Assembly (NCBI RefSeq): GCF_006345805.1
Contig: NC_043005.1
Coordinates: forward strand, 24,490,001-24,554,000
Origin: Octopus sinensis
Lineage: Eukaryota
Reading direction: 5' to 3'
Length of the DNA: 64,000 nt
Position numbers and translations under genes: made by a program. The notes under the pieces are model-generated. The model saw nothing but the letters and a program-made list of their open reading frames with translations. It was not told where the DNA came from and made no database searches. Of the stretch, positions 28,540 through 42,315 are shown in pieces; positions within the stretch are counted from its first letter, which is position 1, and each line of letters starts with the position of its first letter.

Positions 28540-29320
28540 TCCTTATCAGTCCTTTAATACACAACACCCTGATCCAGAAAGAACTGCCATGCTAAAATAA
28601 TATATTGCTCCGGTTCTTGGAGTTGTAATGAGTAGAAACGTGTAGATGTTATGAAAATAATAAAATCATGCCAAAGATTGGCAGGATGGATTATGAGAGC
28701 ACTCGGAATAAGGACACACGGGGTTATGCTTATTCTCTGCAAAACATTATACATCCAGAGACCAAAAACAAGGGTACCTCCTTACTTTTAATCATCGTCT
28801 TGATTACTGCTCCTTAATATGGTTATCATAACCTGTCAAGCTCAGTATTGAACCGTCGGGAATCCAAAGTACTACACAAATAAAAGACTTATTTTCTACA
28901 GTAAATGAGTAACTAAAAGAGGGTCAAAATCTTTGAAGTTGCTGTTCCTTGGAACAAAAAAAATAAGGGAACGACTTGTAGATATATATCACGAAATTGT
29001 TGGAGCAAATGGTGTCTTCCTTTGGTATTCAAAACTATGCAATTCGAAGAGATGTCATTTCGTAAATGTAAGAAATCAGCCTACACCTTTTTTTGAATGA
29101 GAGCAATGCTACCACAAAAGCCTGAGTTTCAAGGACCACATCTCTTCAATAATCGCCCGTAAAAAGATAAGAGGCATGCATGAAGAAGATATTAGCAGAT
29201 AATCTTTGAATGAATTTCCATCTTGCTAACAGAGACAAATAAATGAAGGCTGCAGCATCAAATACCCTCATTTATCGAATACTGAGTACAATGTCTTAAC
29301 AAATATTATGGTAGTGTACA
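28540..29320 (+). mobile_element. Highly degraded RLE-type non-LTR relic
   Basis: Remnants resembling RKNCHAKI and KIFEVAVPW in order. Confidence 0.4.
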
Positions 29321-29773
29321 AGAATGGCCTCATACATATGGCTGAAGCTAGAGAATAAAAGAGAATATACACACATAAATATATTTTTATGTATGTAACC
29401 TCAAACTTATACTTATATGTGTGTGTGTATGTATGTATATTAAATCATATATATTTTACATCCCTATATACATATATCGAATTGTATATTTATTCATTTA
29501 TTTCAGTTAGTAATGCTACAGACATAGATTTATTGAGCACTTTAGATTTCTACTTTTAGATACTTTTATGGCATATTTTGAAATAAAATCACACACGCGT
29601 TCTCGCGCGCATACACACGTGCGCTCCCATACAAACGCATGCGCACACACATACACCCTGACACTCTATACATACATACATATACTGAACGTGAAAGACA
29701 AAAAGAGTGGGGAAGAGATATATACGAGCATATATATATATACGCGTGCGCGCGTGTGTGAATTTATATGTGC

Positions 29774-29804
<31 letters not shown>

Positions 29805-30162
29805 CACGCGCGCACATACACACACACATTTCTTTCAGCTTTGTTTTGAATCGTTTTTTTTTTCGTTTTTTTTTCCGTTTTTTTTTTCCTAATACTGAAA
29901 TAGGCAATGATTTGATTTTGTGCAAAAATCAGATTTAAAATGCCATGATTTTTAATTCTAACATACGTAGGCTGAAAACACCGGTAACGGTAAAAATGTA
30001 GTTACATATAAGTACAAAAATATATATATAGTTATTATTATTATTATTGCATTTCTTAATGCATTTTATAAATGTTTTATCCATTGTTTTCTTTAAGCTA
30101 TTAACAAATATAAATTCATATATTTTATCTTTTATTACTTATCTTTTATTACTTTAGCATTT

Positions 30163-30210
<48 letters not shown>

Positions 30211-30642
30211 TGTGTGTGTGTATGTATACATGTGTTTATGTATTATGTATGTGTGCGTATATATTCGTCTGTCAGCGTGCATACGTGTATGTATTTGTAT
30301 TGCTTGCGTATAACTCTAGGTGTCTACCTTTCTGTTTGTTTTTATGTCGTTCGTCTCTAATTTTTAGAAATTTCTGAAAACTAAAATTTTCATTTGTTTA
30401 CTTTTTAACTTTACTCGGTGATTTTTCAGTTTTTCAATACCAATTTTTAATTGAGCACCAGACTTTACATATATACAGATACACCCACTCACACACACAC
30501 ACACGCACACTCATACACGCACGCGCGAGCCACCACATACACACACACTACAAATATATAATATTTACATTTGTTTATATATATATATATATATATTTCC
30601 CACCTGCCTTCGTCTTTTGTCTATTTTCATAAAGCTTCCCGT

Positions 30643-30702
<60 letters not shown>

Positions 30703-30703
30703 T

Positions 30704-30789
<86 letters not shown>

Positions 30790-30825
30790 TAATATATATA
30801 TATATAATATATATATATATATATA

Positions 30826-31170
30826 GGCGCAGGAGTGGCTGTGTGGTAAGTAGCTTGCTAACCAACCACATGGTTCCGGGTTCAGTCCCACTGCGTGGCA
30901 TCTTGGGCAAGTGTCTTCTGCTATAGCCTGTGAGTGGATTTGGTAGACGGAAACTGAAAGAAGCCTGTCGTATATATGTATATATATATAAGTGTGTGTG
31001 TATATGTTTGTGTGTCTGTGTTTGTCCCCCTAGCATTGCTTGACAACCGATGCTGGTGTATTTACGTCCCCGTAAATAGAATAAGTACTGGGCCTACAAA
31101 GAATAAGTCCCGGGGTCGATTTGCTCGACTGGCTGCAGTCAAATGACTGAAACAAGTAAAAGAGAGTAAA
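30826..31170 (+). mobile_element. tRNA-SINE family A
   Basis: A-box tggctgtgtggt, B-box ggttcagtccc, tail gactgaaacaagtaaaagag. Confidence 0.9.
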
Positions 31171-31215
31171 ATTATAATAAAGAGTATATATATATATATA
31201 TATATATACATATAT

Positions 31216-31419
31216 CGTGGCACTCCGTCGGTTACGACGACGAGGGTTCCAGTTGATCCGATCAACAGAACAGCCTGTACAGCAGGGTTCGCCGGAGATT
31301 GTGGAGCTTTAGGTGTTTTCGCTCAATAAACACTCACAACGCCCGGTCTGGGAATCGAAACCGCGATCCTCCTACGATTGCGTGTCCGCTGCCCTAACCT
31401 CTGGGCCATTGCGCCTCCA
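31216..31419 (-). mobile_element. tRNA-SINE family D
   Basis: Minus strand ggaggcgcaatggcccagaggttagg...ggtttcgattccc. Confidence 0.75.
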
Positions 31420-31454
31420 TACATATCTACATACAAACATAAAAAAAAAAACAT

Positions 31455-31707
<253 letters not shown>

Positions 31708-32044
31708 TTTATTAAAAAGTAGCAGGTTCTCGTTCGACGGACAGTTTTGTTTAGAAACCTGAAAACTCTGAGTAACAGTTTTCGTGATATTTTAATAAAA
31801 TAAAGTACATATATATATTGTAAATGTAATTATAAGCTTTCACTGTGTATTGGCTATAGAAAATAATGTAATATTAGGGCATATGCACACTCAACAGGAA
31901 AAAATTAGCACATCTACTAATGCCCACTATTTTTACGTCAGGGGTTTAGAAGCCCTAAAATTATAATAAAGCATATTACTATACCTCTGGTATTCGAGTA
32001 CTAGTTTTCCCACCTTACTTCGCATTTATGTGCTTACTCTGGTG

Positions 32045-32080
<36 letters not shown>

Positions 32081-32538
32081 CATACATACATACATACATA
32101 CATACATACATACATACATACATACATACATACATACACACGTACCCACACTTTCTACCTGTCTCCACTTCCTTTTTTTCTGCCTGAATTCTTTATAGTC
32201 ATACATATGTACAATTTGTATTAACATACATATATATTTCATGTATGCGTGTACTTATTTAAATAGGGATTTATCTTGTGTCCATCTGTAGACACATATA
32301 TAGATATAAAATTATCAAAATCTACATATACTTGGGAGTGGATTTTACTCTTCAACCTCGATGACGCATTTTGGTGATGTTTCCCATGTGCAGTAATCCT
32401 TCACCGTATCGCGGTTCACCAATCGCGGATATTTGCTTTATATTACTCGTGTGCCGATTCTGGCCATACGAAAGGAACAAATAATACAATGTAGCTGTAG
32501 GTCATAACAGACGGGCAACGCCGGGGTGCATTGCTAGT

Positions 32539-33941
32539 GTGTGCCTCTCCATTCTCCGAGCTTTCCCGCATCTCCAGTCCGACACGTCTACTTTACACAT
32601 CTTCCCTAACCGGCCCCTCCCCTCCTCCAAACGGCCCCACAACCTACGAGACCTCTTGGTTCACAGCTCCTTCCCCAACCTGGCTCGTTCCCCTGCTCCT
32701 GCCCACGCTGCCGCACTTGCCCTTACCTCTCCAGCAACACCCTCCTCACTAGCACCCATCATCTACCCTATCGCATCACCGACTCCATCACCTGCACTTC
32801 TACCAATACCATCTATTGCATCTCCTGCTCTCTCTGCCATTCTCTGTACATCGGACAAACGGGACGCCGCTTGGCTGATCGGTTCGTGGAACACCTCCGA
32901 GACATCTGCCTCGACAATGACACCCCGGTCTCACGCCATTTCCGCTCTACCGGTCACTCTTTGCAACACCTATCCGTGTTCGTATTGTCCTTGCACAGAG
33001 GCCATCCGGACTCTCGTTTGCGCCGTGAACAGGGATTAATCTTCTCTCTTCGCTCCTTTGTGCCACATAGGCTCAACTCACCTCCCCTCTTCATCTAACT
33101 TCCTCCCCTTGCCTCTCTCCCCTCCCTCCTACTTCCTCCCACCCACCTCTCCTCTCTTGCTCCGACTCCTACTTCTCTTCACCCCTACTCTCTTTCTCTC
33201 TTCTCTCTTACTCTCTTTCTCTCTTCTCTCATACCCACCTTCTCCTTCCTCCCTTCATCGACAACCCTCCCTCATAAGCCCACGCTACACCTACACATTC
33301 TTGCTCCACCTTCCCTATCCTTCCCAATCCATTCCTTATACCCTCTCCCACTCACCCCACCCTCTGCCTACCCACAAACCCCCACCTCTACCTCCACCCA
33401 CTGCCTACCCACACACCCCAACTCTACTCCAACCATCAGCCTAACCCACACTCCACCTGTGCTTTCCCTACTCTCGCCTCCCCCACCTCCCCACCTCCCA
33501 ACAGCATCACACCACACCATACTACACCATGCCACAGAACACATCACAATACACCACCACCCACACACCAGCACTGACCAATTCCCATCCCCACATTTTC
33601 ACGCCTATACATACACACACGCACACGTCAAGACCACCAGCCCTCTTTCACACGCACATACGTACTCTCTTACACACGCGCGCACCTTCGTTTAGGGATT
33701 GCATTTACTTTGTTATCTCCCCTACTTCTTCGCTCTCCTGTGTGACCCTTCTGTCTGGCTATCGCCATGATAGATCGGTAGCCACTACTCACATTTTTTT
33801 CTCTCCTTGTTTCTTTCTGTGTCCCTTTCTGTGGAAGAGCGTAGGCTCGAAACGTAAAAGACTTTTTCAATTCCCGTATACTAATTACATCTGTTTGTTT
33901 TCTACACCACCAGTCTCCGTCTTCTGTTTTCCGTGAATTCT

Positions 33942-33945
<4 letters not shown>
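32539..33945 (+). mobile_element. Penelope-like 3' fragment (GIY-YIG endonuclease + 3' region)
   Basis: KRPHNLRDLLVHS; TCTSTNTIYCISCSLCHSLYIGQTGRRLADRFVEHLRDI...PVSRHF. The 3' region has a gagc-gtag-gctcGAAAC motif and ends at (TA)n. Confidence 0.88.
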
Positions 33946-33994
<49 letters not shown>

Positions 33995-34187
33995 CTTCCA
34001 GCAGTTGTGATCATACTGTCATCAGTATGATCATAGCTGTCCGACAAACGGGTTCGTGAAACTCTGAGTAAAAGTCAGTCAAGATATTTTCAGCTTTAAT
34101 TAAAGTATATTACTCTACGTCAGTATTTAAGTACGATGTTTTCTACCTATTGCTTACTCGTGTATGTGTGTGTGTTCGTGTGCGTGT

Positions 34188-34395
34188 GTTAGCACGCCGG
34201 GCGAAATGCGTAGCCGTATTTCGTCTGCCGTTACGTTCTGGGTTCAAATTCCGCCGAGGTCGACTTTGCCTTTCATCCTTTCGGGGTCGATAAATTAAGT
34301 ACCAGTTACGCACTGAGGTTGATGTAATCGACTTAATCCGTTTGTCTGTCCTTGTTTGTCCTCTCTGTGTTTAGCCCCTTGTGGGTAGTAAAGAA

Positions 34396-34397
<2 letters not shown>
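34188..34397 (+). mobile_element. tRNA-SINE family B
   Basis: Near-identical to 40148-40357. Confidence 0.9.
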
Positions 34398-34406
<9 letters not shown>

Positions 34407-34468
<62 letters not shown>

Positions 34469-34678
34469 TATGTATGTAGGGATAGATAGATAGATATTAT
34501 ATATGTATATCTATATCTATGTGTTACCTTCGTCTGTGGACACTGCTCACAGACCTGCCTTTCCCATATTGGACTTGTCAGTCATGAGCGTGCATGCACG
34601 CGACGTGGACAGCCTTTCTGATCTTCGTTCGCGAAGCCAAGCCATGCTATGCCATATCTATGTGTATATGTATATATA

Positions 34679-34725
<47 letters not shown>

Positions 34726-35602
34726 ATAAGCGTGCGTGTGAGCGTGAATGTGAACAGGTGTGTGTTTATACGTATAACGTTATACTAATGTCTATAGGTA
34801 TAATTTGTGTGCGGTTATGTTGGGATCATAATTAAGTGTAAGTGTGTGTATGTGGAAGCCACTTCACTTTAGTGTGTGTATTTCTGTATGTCTGTCTGTT
34901 CGTCGTTTCGATGGGACTGTACGAGGAATGAGGTGGGTGGGTTCATAATGTAGAATTAATACGAGTTCCCAATCTAAATGCTAATGTGACCGTGAAAGTC
35001 ATTAAATCGTTGACCATCGTTCAACGGGCAACGCTTTGATCAATGTAATAACTTCCAACCGACTTTTTTGACTTTATTTAAGTTTTGATTATCGTCTATG
35101 TCTTTTATTAGGATTAATTCTCTTAAAATTATAAAAGATGTCAATCCAAAGGTTCAAGAGTTTCTTCTATTTGCATATTGTAAATACGCCCAAACGAACT
35201 CATCTCGAAATTTTCGTTTGGTCGATCGTGCTTTCAACTCATAAGATTCTAGAAGCAATAGACTACAGATTGTTATCAGATTTGTTCCCAGACATTATGG
35301 CATGTTATTGCACCACCACGTTTTATGAACTGCATAACATTGTATAAGATATGAATAATGATATTGTCCGTTTACGGAAACAATTGTAATGTCAATTGAC
35401 TTCTTTCCTCATTTGAATTATCACTTATATACGAGGGGTGAAGGAAAAGTTTTGAACCGTCAAGGCCTTTGAGCCTTGAAGTCTTGTACCTTCATCAGAG
35501 TCTTGTACCATGTTTTGATTTTATTTTTTTTGAGGTTCAAGACTGTTCATACAGCCTCGTATATTTGTTCGTGACTGAGTGTGTGTTGTGTGTGTGTGTG
35601 TG

Positions 35603-35641
<39 letters not shown>

Positions 35642-36756
35642 TATGTATGTAGGGATAGATAGATAGATATTATATATGTATATCTATATCTATGTGTTAC
35701 CTTCGTCTGTGGACACTGCTCACAGACCTGCCTTTCCCATATTGGACTTGTCAGTCATGAGCGTGCATGCACGCGACGTGGACAGCCTTTCTGATCTTCG
35801 TTCGCGAAGCCAAGCCATGCTATGCCATATCTATGTGTATATGTATATATATCTCTCTCTCTATATATATATATATTATATTGTGTGTGTGTGTGTATAA
35901 GCGTGCGTGTGAGCGTGAATGTGAACAGGTGTGTGTTTATACGTATAACGTTATACTAATGTCTATAGGTATAATTTGTGTGCGGTTATGTTGGGATCAT
36001 AATTAAGTGTAAGTGTGTGTATGTGGAAGCCACTTCACTTTAGTGTGTGTATTTCTGTATGTCTGTCTGTTCGTCGTTTCGATGGGACTGTACGAGGAAT
36101 GAGGTGGGTGGGTTCATAATGTAGAATTCATTATACGAGTTCCCAATCTAAATGCTAATGTGACCGTGAAAGTCATTAAATCGTTGACCATCGTTCAACG
36201 GGCAACGCTTTGATCAATGTAATAACTTCCAACCGACTTCTTTTTGACTTTATTTAGTTTTGATTATCGTCTATGTCTTTTATTAGGATTAATTCTCTTA
36301 AAATTTATAAAAGATGTCAATCAAAAGGTTCAAGAGTTCTTTCTATTTGCATATTGTAAATACGCCCAAACGAACTCATCTCGAAATTTTCGTTTGGTCG
36401 ATCGTGCTTTCAACTCATAAGATTCTAGGAAGCAAATAGACTACAGGATTGTTATCAGATATTTCCCAGACATTATGGCATGTATTGCACCACGTTTTAT
36501 GAACTGCATAACATTGTATAAGATATGAAATAATGATATTGTCCGTTTACGGAAACAATTGTAATGTCAATTTGACTTCTTTCCTCATTTGAATTATCAC
36601 TTATATACGAGGGGTGAAGGAAAAGTTTTGAACCGTCAAGGCCTTTGAGCCTTGAAGTCTTGTACCTTCATCAGAAGTCTTGTACCATGTTTTGATTTTA
36701 TTTTTTTTGAGGTTCAAGACTTTTCATACAGCCCTCGTATATGTGTGTGCGTGACT

Positions 36757-36792
<36 letters not shown>
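34407..36792. repeat. About 1.17-kb direct tandem duplication bounded by (GT)n
   Basis: 34466-35580 is nearly identical to 35639-36760; the differences are mostly small indels. Confidence 0.95.
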
Positions 36793-36793
<1 letters not shown>

Positions 36794-36933
36794 GAGATTA
36801 TAGCCTCTTACGCCTAAAAAACACAGCCATCCGACAAACTGGCAACACGCACAATTCGTGTATGTGTATTCGGCTTTGTTTATATATCTCGAGCTGCTTT
36901 TAATTCATACATATATATATATATATATACATG

Positions 36934-37135
36934 ACCGCATGCGTATCGTTGGCGATTTTTTCCCTTCGTCTTCCCTTCCTTAGATCTTTCCTTTTCCTAT
37001 GTTTCTGACGAAGAGCTCCGCTCGAAACGTTAAGTCCTCCTTTCTTTCCTTTCCTGAGCGTCCAATAATACTATACTTGTTCCACGTTCTCGCGTTGTGT
37101 TTTCTCTCTGTGTTTTCACGTTTGGATTAACTTTA
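36934..37135 (+). mobile_element. Penelope-like terminal (pLTR-type) fragment with a hammerhead-like core
   Basis: CTGACGA-a-GAGC tcc GCTC-GAAAC gttaa GTC at 37005-37036. Related ends at 33829 and 27724 (minus). Confidence 0.6.
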
Positions 37136-37424
37136 TATAGGGCTAAAACATTTTAAAAACATTTTAAAGGATTTATATGAAAAAACAAGTCAAGATAGAA
37201 AATGCTAAAATAATTTTATAAAGAACATTTCAGTACCGGTTTCAGTCATTTGAGACCTTTTCAACTGTAACGATTAAATAATTAAATTTAGAAAAATTAA
37301 AAGAAAAGTTCTTTTAAAAGAATATTTGTAGAGTGATCAAATATAAGTGGCATTTTCCTTGTTTCTGCCTTTCTCTGTCTATCTTGTTTACACTTGTGGG
37401 TTCGAGGTCGTATGAATTCTGGTG

Positions 37425-37546
37425 GGGAAGAAGAAGAAGAAGAAGAAGAGAGAGAGAAAGCAAGAAAGAAGAAGAAGAAGAAGAAGAAGAGAGGAGAAGA
37501 AGAAGAAGAAGAAGAAGAAGAAGAAGAAGAAGAAGAAGAAGAAGAA
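37425..37546. repeat. (GAA)n microsatellite
   Basis: Direct reading. Confidence 0.95.
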
Positions 37547-37580
37547 GGGGGAGGAATTTGGGAGTGCCTTGATTGTCGTA

Positions 37581-37832
37581 TTTTGAGTGGTCAGTGGCGG
37601 CTAGCAGTTGCTGTTCAATTCATGAGAATATTTCTATAGAATTTGCGTAGGTGTTATACTAAATAAAACCTACGCAAATTCTATTTATTTAGTATAACAC
37701 CTACGTTTTATTTAGTATAACACCTACGTTTTATTTAGTATAACACCTACGCAAATTCTATAAACAAACCTTTTAATAGAAATATTCTCATGAATTGAAC
37801 AGCAACTGGTAGCCGCCACTGACCACTCAAAA
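37581..37832. repeat. Near-perfect foldback with internal 23-bp tandem repeats
   Basis: 56-bp arms 37581-37636 / 37777-37832 (1 mismatch); inner 34-bp arms 37635-37668 / 37728-37761. Confidence 0.93.
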
Positions 37833-37849
37833 CAATATGGCTGCTGGAA

Positions 37850-38262
37850 AGCCATATGCGTGACAGCAGAATTCAGAAAATGGTTCTCGGAGGATTACTA
37901 CAACATCAGCAACGCCAGTTTCTGGCCAATTAAATTCCGCGATTGTAATCTCAAGGTTTACATTCAAAGCGCGGTAGAGAAACACACCAACCGCTCTGCC
38001 TAAACCACCAAGACCAATTTGGTGGCCAAATCAGGGATGTTTTCGAAGATCTTCTCGGGGACGCAATGAGGAACGCATGCGCCAGGTTCTGTAGCTATCT
38101 ACATACCGTAATGGAAGCTAAGAACGATGTGTTAGAGGAAAGTGTTATCTCCCAGCCATAATCGATTTGATATTTTCGATTGTTTTTAAATACTTTCAGT
38201 GTTGGATGAGACATTGTTTTCTTTACCTTTTATGCAACTGTCAAATTTAGCCCAAGACCGTG
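37850..38262 (+). mobile_element. Tc1/mariner-like 3' relic
   Basis: FWPIKFRDCNL (WP..SPD.NP-like) remnant; its end aaatttagcccaagaccgtg resembles 40090-40110. Confidence 0.5.
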
Positions 38263-38507
38263 TGCATATATATATATATATATATAATATTATATATATA
38301 TATATATAATATACTGGCGAAAATAAATTTAAGACCGATGATAAAAGTTCTATTTCTTACAAAATATTTTGTTACTAACACCATACAAATCATTTTTATC
38401 TTTTACTCTTATGCAAGATTTATTGCTCTTTCGAATGATGCAGACATAACTATTTTTATACAACTTGAAGAATTCTAATACTAAATTGATATAAACGTTT
38501 CAAATTT

Positions 38508-39421
38508 ACCGGCAAAATTAGTTTAAGACTGTATCATTATAAATTTATTTAAAGCTTAAGATTGTAGCAAAAATGAACAGCAAGAACGAAATACATATTA
38601 GTACTTTGTGCCGTAGCCTTTATTCTTAATAAAGGTTGCACAACGCCTCGGCATTGAATTCGCTAAGTGATTACAAAATTCTATGGGAATGTTTTGCCAT
38701 ATTTCATTGATATAGTCGAATAATTGTTTTAAATTAGATGGCTTTTTTAGCATGGACTTTTTTGGAAACATAATTCCACAAGTTCTCGATCGGATTCAGG
38801 TCCGGGCTCTGGGAAGGCCATTAGATTATGTCAGTATTATGGTGATCAAAAACTTCCATAACCTTTTTGGCTTTCTGCACAGGACTATTGTTCTACTGAT
38901 AAATACCCCGCGGAGGCATTAGGTGAGTCAAATATGGCACAACATTATCCTTTAGTAGATTCATATAACCTACACTATTTAGCTTTCCATCAACTTTAAC
39001 TAGAGGGCCAACACCAAAACTACTATATGCCGCCCACACCCCCACACCCCCACACCCGCTTGCGCCGTCTTTTCCTTGCATTTCGGATGGAATTCCTCGG
39101 TTGGGCGACGTCTGACGTATGTTTTACCATTTGATCAAAATATACAGAAGCGTGACTCGTCACTCCAAAGGACCTTGCACCAATCTTCGGCAGTCCATTG
39201 AGCATGGCTTTTTGCGAACTTAAGGTGTTTGAGTCGGTTATTTTCGGGTATTATTGGCTTTTTCCTAGCAATTCGTCCATGTAGGTCAAATTCTCTCAAA
39301 TGGTTGCGGACGGTTTCTGGTGTAAAAATAACACCATTCTCGCTGGGCAATTGTTTACAAATGTCAACGGTTGTCAGCATTTGGTTGTCTTCCGAAAATC
39401 GGTGGATTCGACGGTCCAACT
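38508..39421 (-). mobile_element. Tc1-like transposase pseudogene
   Basis: GRIARKKP...WTAEDWCKVLWSDESRF, VGVWAA..GVGPLVKVDGKLNS, WPSQSPDLNPIENLW. Confidence 0.9.
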
Positions 39422-40127
39422 GCGCTGTCGTTTTTCTTCTTTTATGCATATATACATATACGTGTGTGTATATATGTATATATAAACGTATATCCATACA
39501 TGCATATATACATATATACATACATGCTTAAATATATATATACACGAATGTGTGTGCGTGTGTATAATTGACATTTATTATTTAAAATTTTATTTTGTAT
39601 GCAGATATGTATGTGTATATATATATATATAATATATATATATACATATGTATGTATATATATATATATCTATCTTTATATATATATATATATATATATA
39701 ATATGTTGTGTTGTCGTTTTATATATATGTGTGTGCGTGTATGTATGTATGTATGTATGTATGTATGTATATAAATGTTGTTATAAATTTTGCGAGAAAT
39801 GCATTTTCATTTACTTCCATTGTTTACACATAAAAAGAGGATAAAAAATTTTAAAGAGAGCTGCCAGCAAAATACGCAGTTTTTATTTTAAACGCTGGTC
39901 ACGTGATTAAATGGAAATTAGCGATGACAAACCACTCAATCAGTCTCAAAATAGTGAGAAGTGAAACAGTGTAGTAGTTATGACAACACAGCTAACTGCA
40001 TAACTAAAGATTTATCATTATGATTCAACATTTTGGAAGGTGAAGGTTACTTAGAATATTGTGTTTTCTTTGCCTTTTATGCAATCTGTGAAATTAGCCC
40101 GAACACCCTGAAAATATATGTATGAGA

Positions 40128-40705
40128 GCGGTGAGCTGGCAGAAACGTTAGCACGCCGGGCGAAATGCGTAGCCGTATTTCGTCTGCCGTTACGTTCTGA
40201 GTTCAAATTCCGCCGAGGTCGACTTTGCCTTTCATCCTTTCTAGGTCGATAAATTAAGTATCAGTTACGCACTAGGGTCGATGTAATCGACTTGATCCGT
40301 TCGTCTGTCCTTGTTTGTCCCCTCTGTGTTTAGCCCCTTGTGGGTAGTAAAGAAATAGGCATTTCGTCTGCCGTTACGTTCTGAGTTCAAATTCCGCCGA
40401 GGTCGACTTTGCCTTTCATCCTTTCGGGGTCGATAAATTAAGTACCAGTTACGCACTAGGGTCGATGTAATCGACTTGATCCGTTCGGCTGTCCTTGTTT
40501 GTCCCCTCTGTGTTTAGCCCCTTGTGGGTAGTAAAGAAATAGGCATTTCGTCTGTCTTTACGTTCTGAGTTCAAATTCCCCCGAGGTCGACTTTGCCTTT
40601 TATCTTTTCGGGGTCGATGAATTAAGTACCAGTTGTATACTGGGGTCGATGTAATCGACTGGCCTCCTCTCCCAAAATTTCGGGCCTTGTGCCTAGAATA
40701 GAAAA
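40128..40705 (+). mobile_element. tRNA-SINE family B, trimeric (184-bp period)
   Basis: Units start at 40177, 40361 and 40545. Confidence 0.92.
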
Positions 40706-40821
40706 GAATATATATATGTATGCATGCAGGCATGTATATATGTATGTATGCATGCATGCATGCAGGCATGTATGTATGTATGTATGTATGTATGTATGTA
40801 TGTATGTATGTATGTATGTAT

Positions 40822-40991
40822 GTGGGGAAAGCTTGGTCTGCAATGTTTGCAGTCGTGTGTGCTTGTCAAGAGCAGGGCTCATTAGCCACCAACGGAGCCG
40901 CAAATGCAAAATATAAGTTAGTCCTAGAGCGCACAATGTTCCTGAAGGTCGGCAATGGTCTTCCTCGGTCACGAGTGGACGGCCATCATCA
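40822..40991 (+). mobile_element. RTE-clade LINE 3' stub in (ATGT)n
   Basis: CNVCSRVCLSRAGLISHQRS C2H2-like end, stop codon, short 3' UTR ending gacggccatcatc. Confidence 0.75.
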
Positions 40992-42315
40992 TGTATGTAT
41001 GTATGTATTATGTATGTATGTATGTATGTATTATGTATGTATGCATGTATGTATGTATTTATGTATGTATGTATTTATGTATGTATGTATGTATGTATGT
41101 ATGTATGTATGTATGTATGTATGTACGTGTATGTGTTATATCGGAGGTACATGTAACTTTCGTATTTCATGTCGTCGGCTTAATAATTGAAAAGAAAATT
41201 GGCCCAGGCTATATTTTACTCAATAGCATCACCTGATAGAATCTGTTTAGACATTTTAATATTTCGTATTGTGGTATCATGGGCCCATTCATGTAGGAAG
41301 TTGTTGCTGGCTGTGAGTGTCTCAGTACGTCTGAAATCCCTTGAAGAAATTTGTTCTATCGTTTGAAGGTGATGAGATCTTTTTCTTTTTTAATTTGTTT
41401 TAGGATAATATTAAATAGAGTTGGACATATCGTGGAAAAGAAATTATGTTGTACTGTAGCTATGTGTTCTTATGTGAGCCTAAATTGTGTAGGGGGTGCA
41501 TGGCATTTGGTCCCAGCCTTGGATGAATTCTGAATTGATGTCACGGTCGTTAGGGTAATGCTGGTGGTATATTCATTTGAATGATGGTTGTGGTATGGGG
41601 TGGCCACATGGGGCAGCTGTACTCTGGGTGAAGCCGTGCAAAAAGAAGAGAAATGGGGAATGATAACATCTTGCTTTCTGAAGAGGAAGGTTCTGAGGAT
41701 CCAGACGTTCATCGCGCGAGTTGTATCGACTTTATAGCATGCAGCTAAGACTAAATTTCTCTTTATTCCTATCTATTGAGAATCATCTGCGAATATTTTT
41801 TTTATTTTGTTGTGACTGATGACGCTTGAAATGTCGTTTGTATTGACTGTAAAGAGAAGCGGTTCCAGAATAGGACATTATAAAAAAAAAACTGAATAAT
41901 TTAAAAGTGAGAAAGTTGAATAATTGAAAACCGGATCAAGTTAAACTGAAGAAGTAATGGATTAAGGATTAACTGTTTCAAGATAGTGATAGGAAATAGA
42001 AGTGGAGGTGATCCTATTGAACATGAACTGTGGAGATTTAGGAGAAAATTTTGAGTAAAGATGGTGTTTAGAAAAGGCAAATATTTTGCAATCACACCGT
42101 ATTTGATTAAATGATAGGTTAAAGCCTCGAGAAAATATTTAGATATATTTATATTAATTTCATTATAATAACAACATAACAACAATATATTGTTTTTCGT
42201 TGCATTATTTTATATATGTATATTATACTTACAGCATATCGACAACATAATCATACATATCGTAGAAAATGTGTTAATCTTAAAACAAACATTTCCCATT
42301 GATTTTTTTTTCCAG

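Noticed and set aside
37333-37639. Poly-Glu/Arg ORFs
   Set aside because: Translation of the (GAA)n microsatellite.
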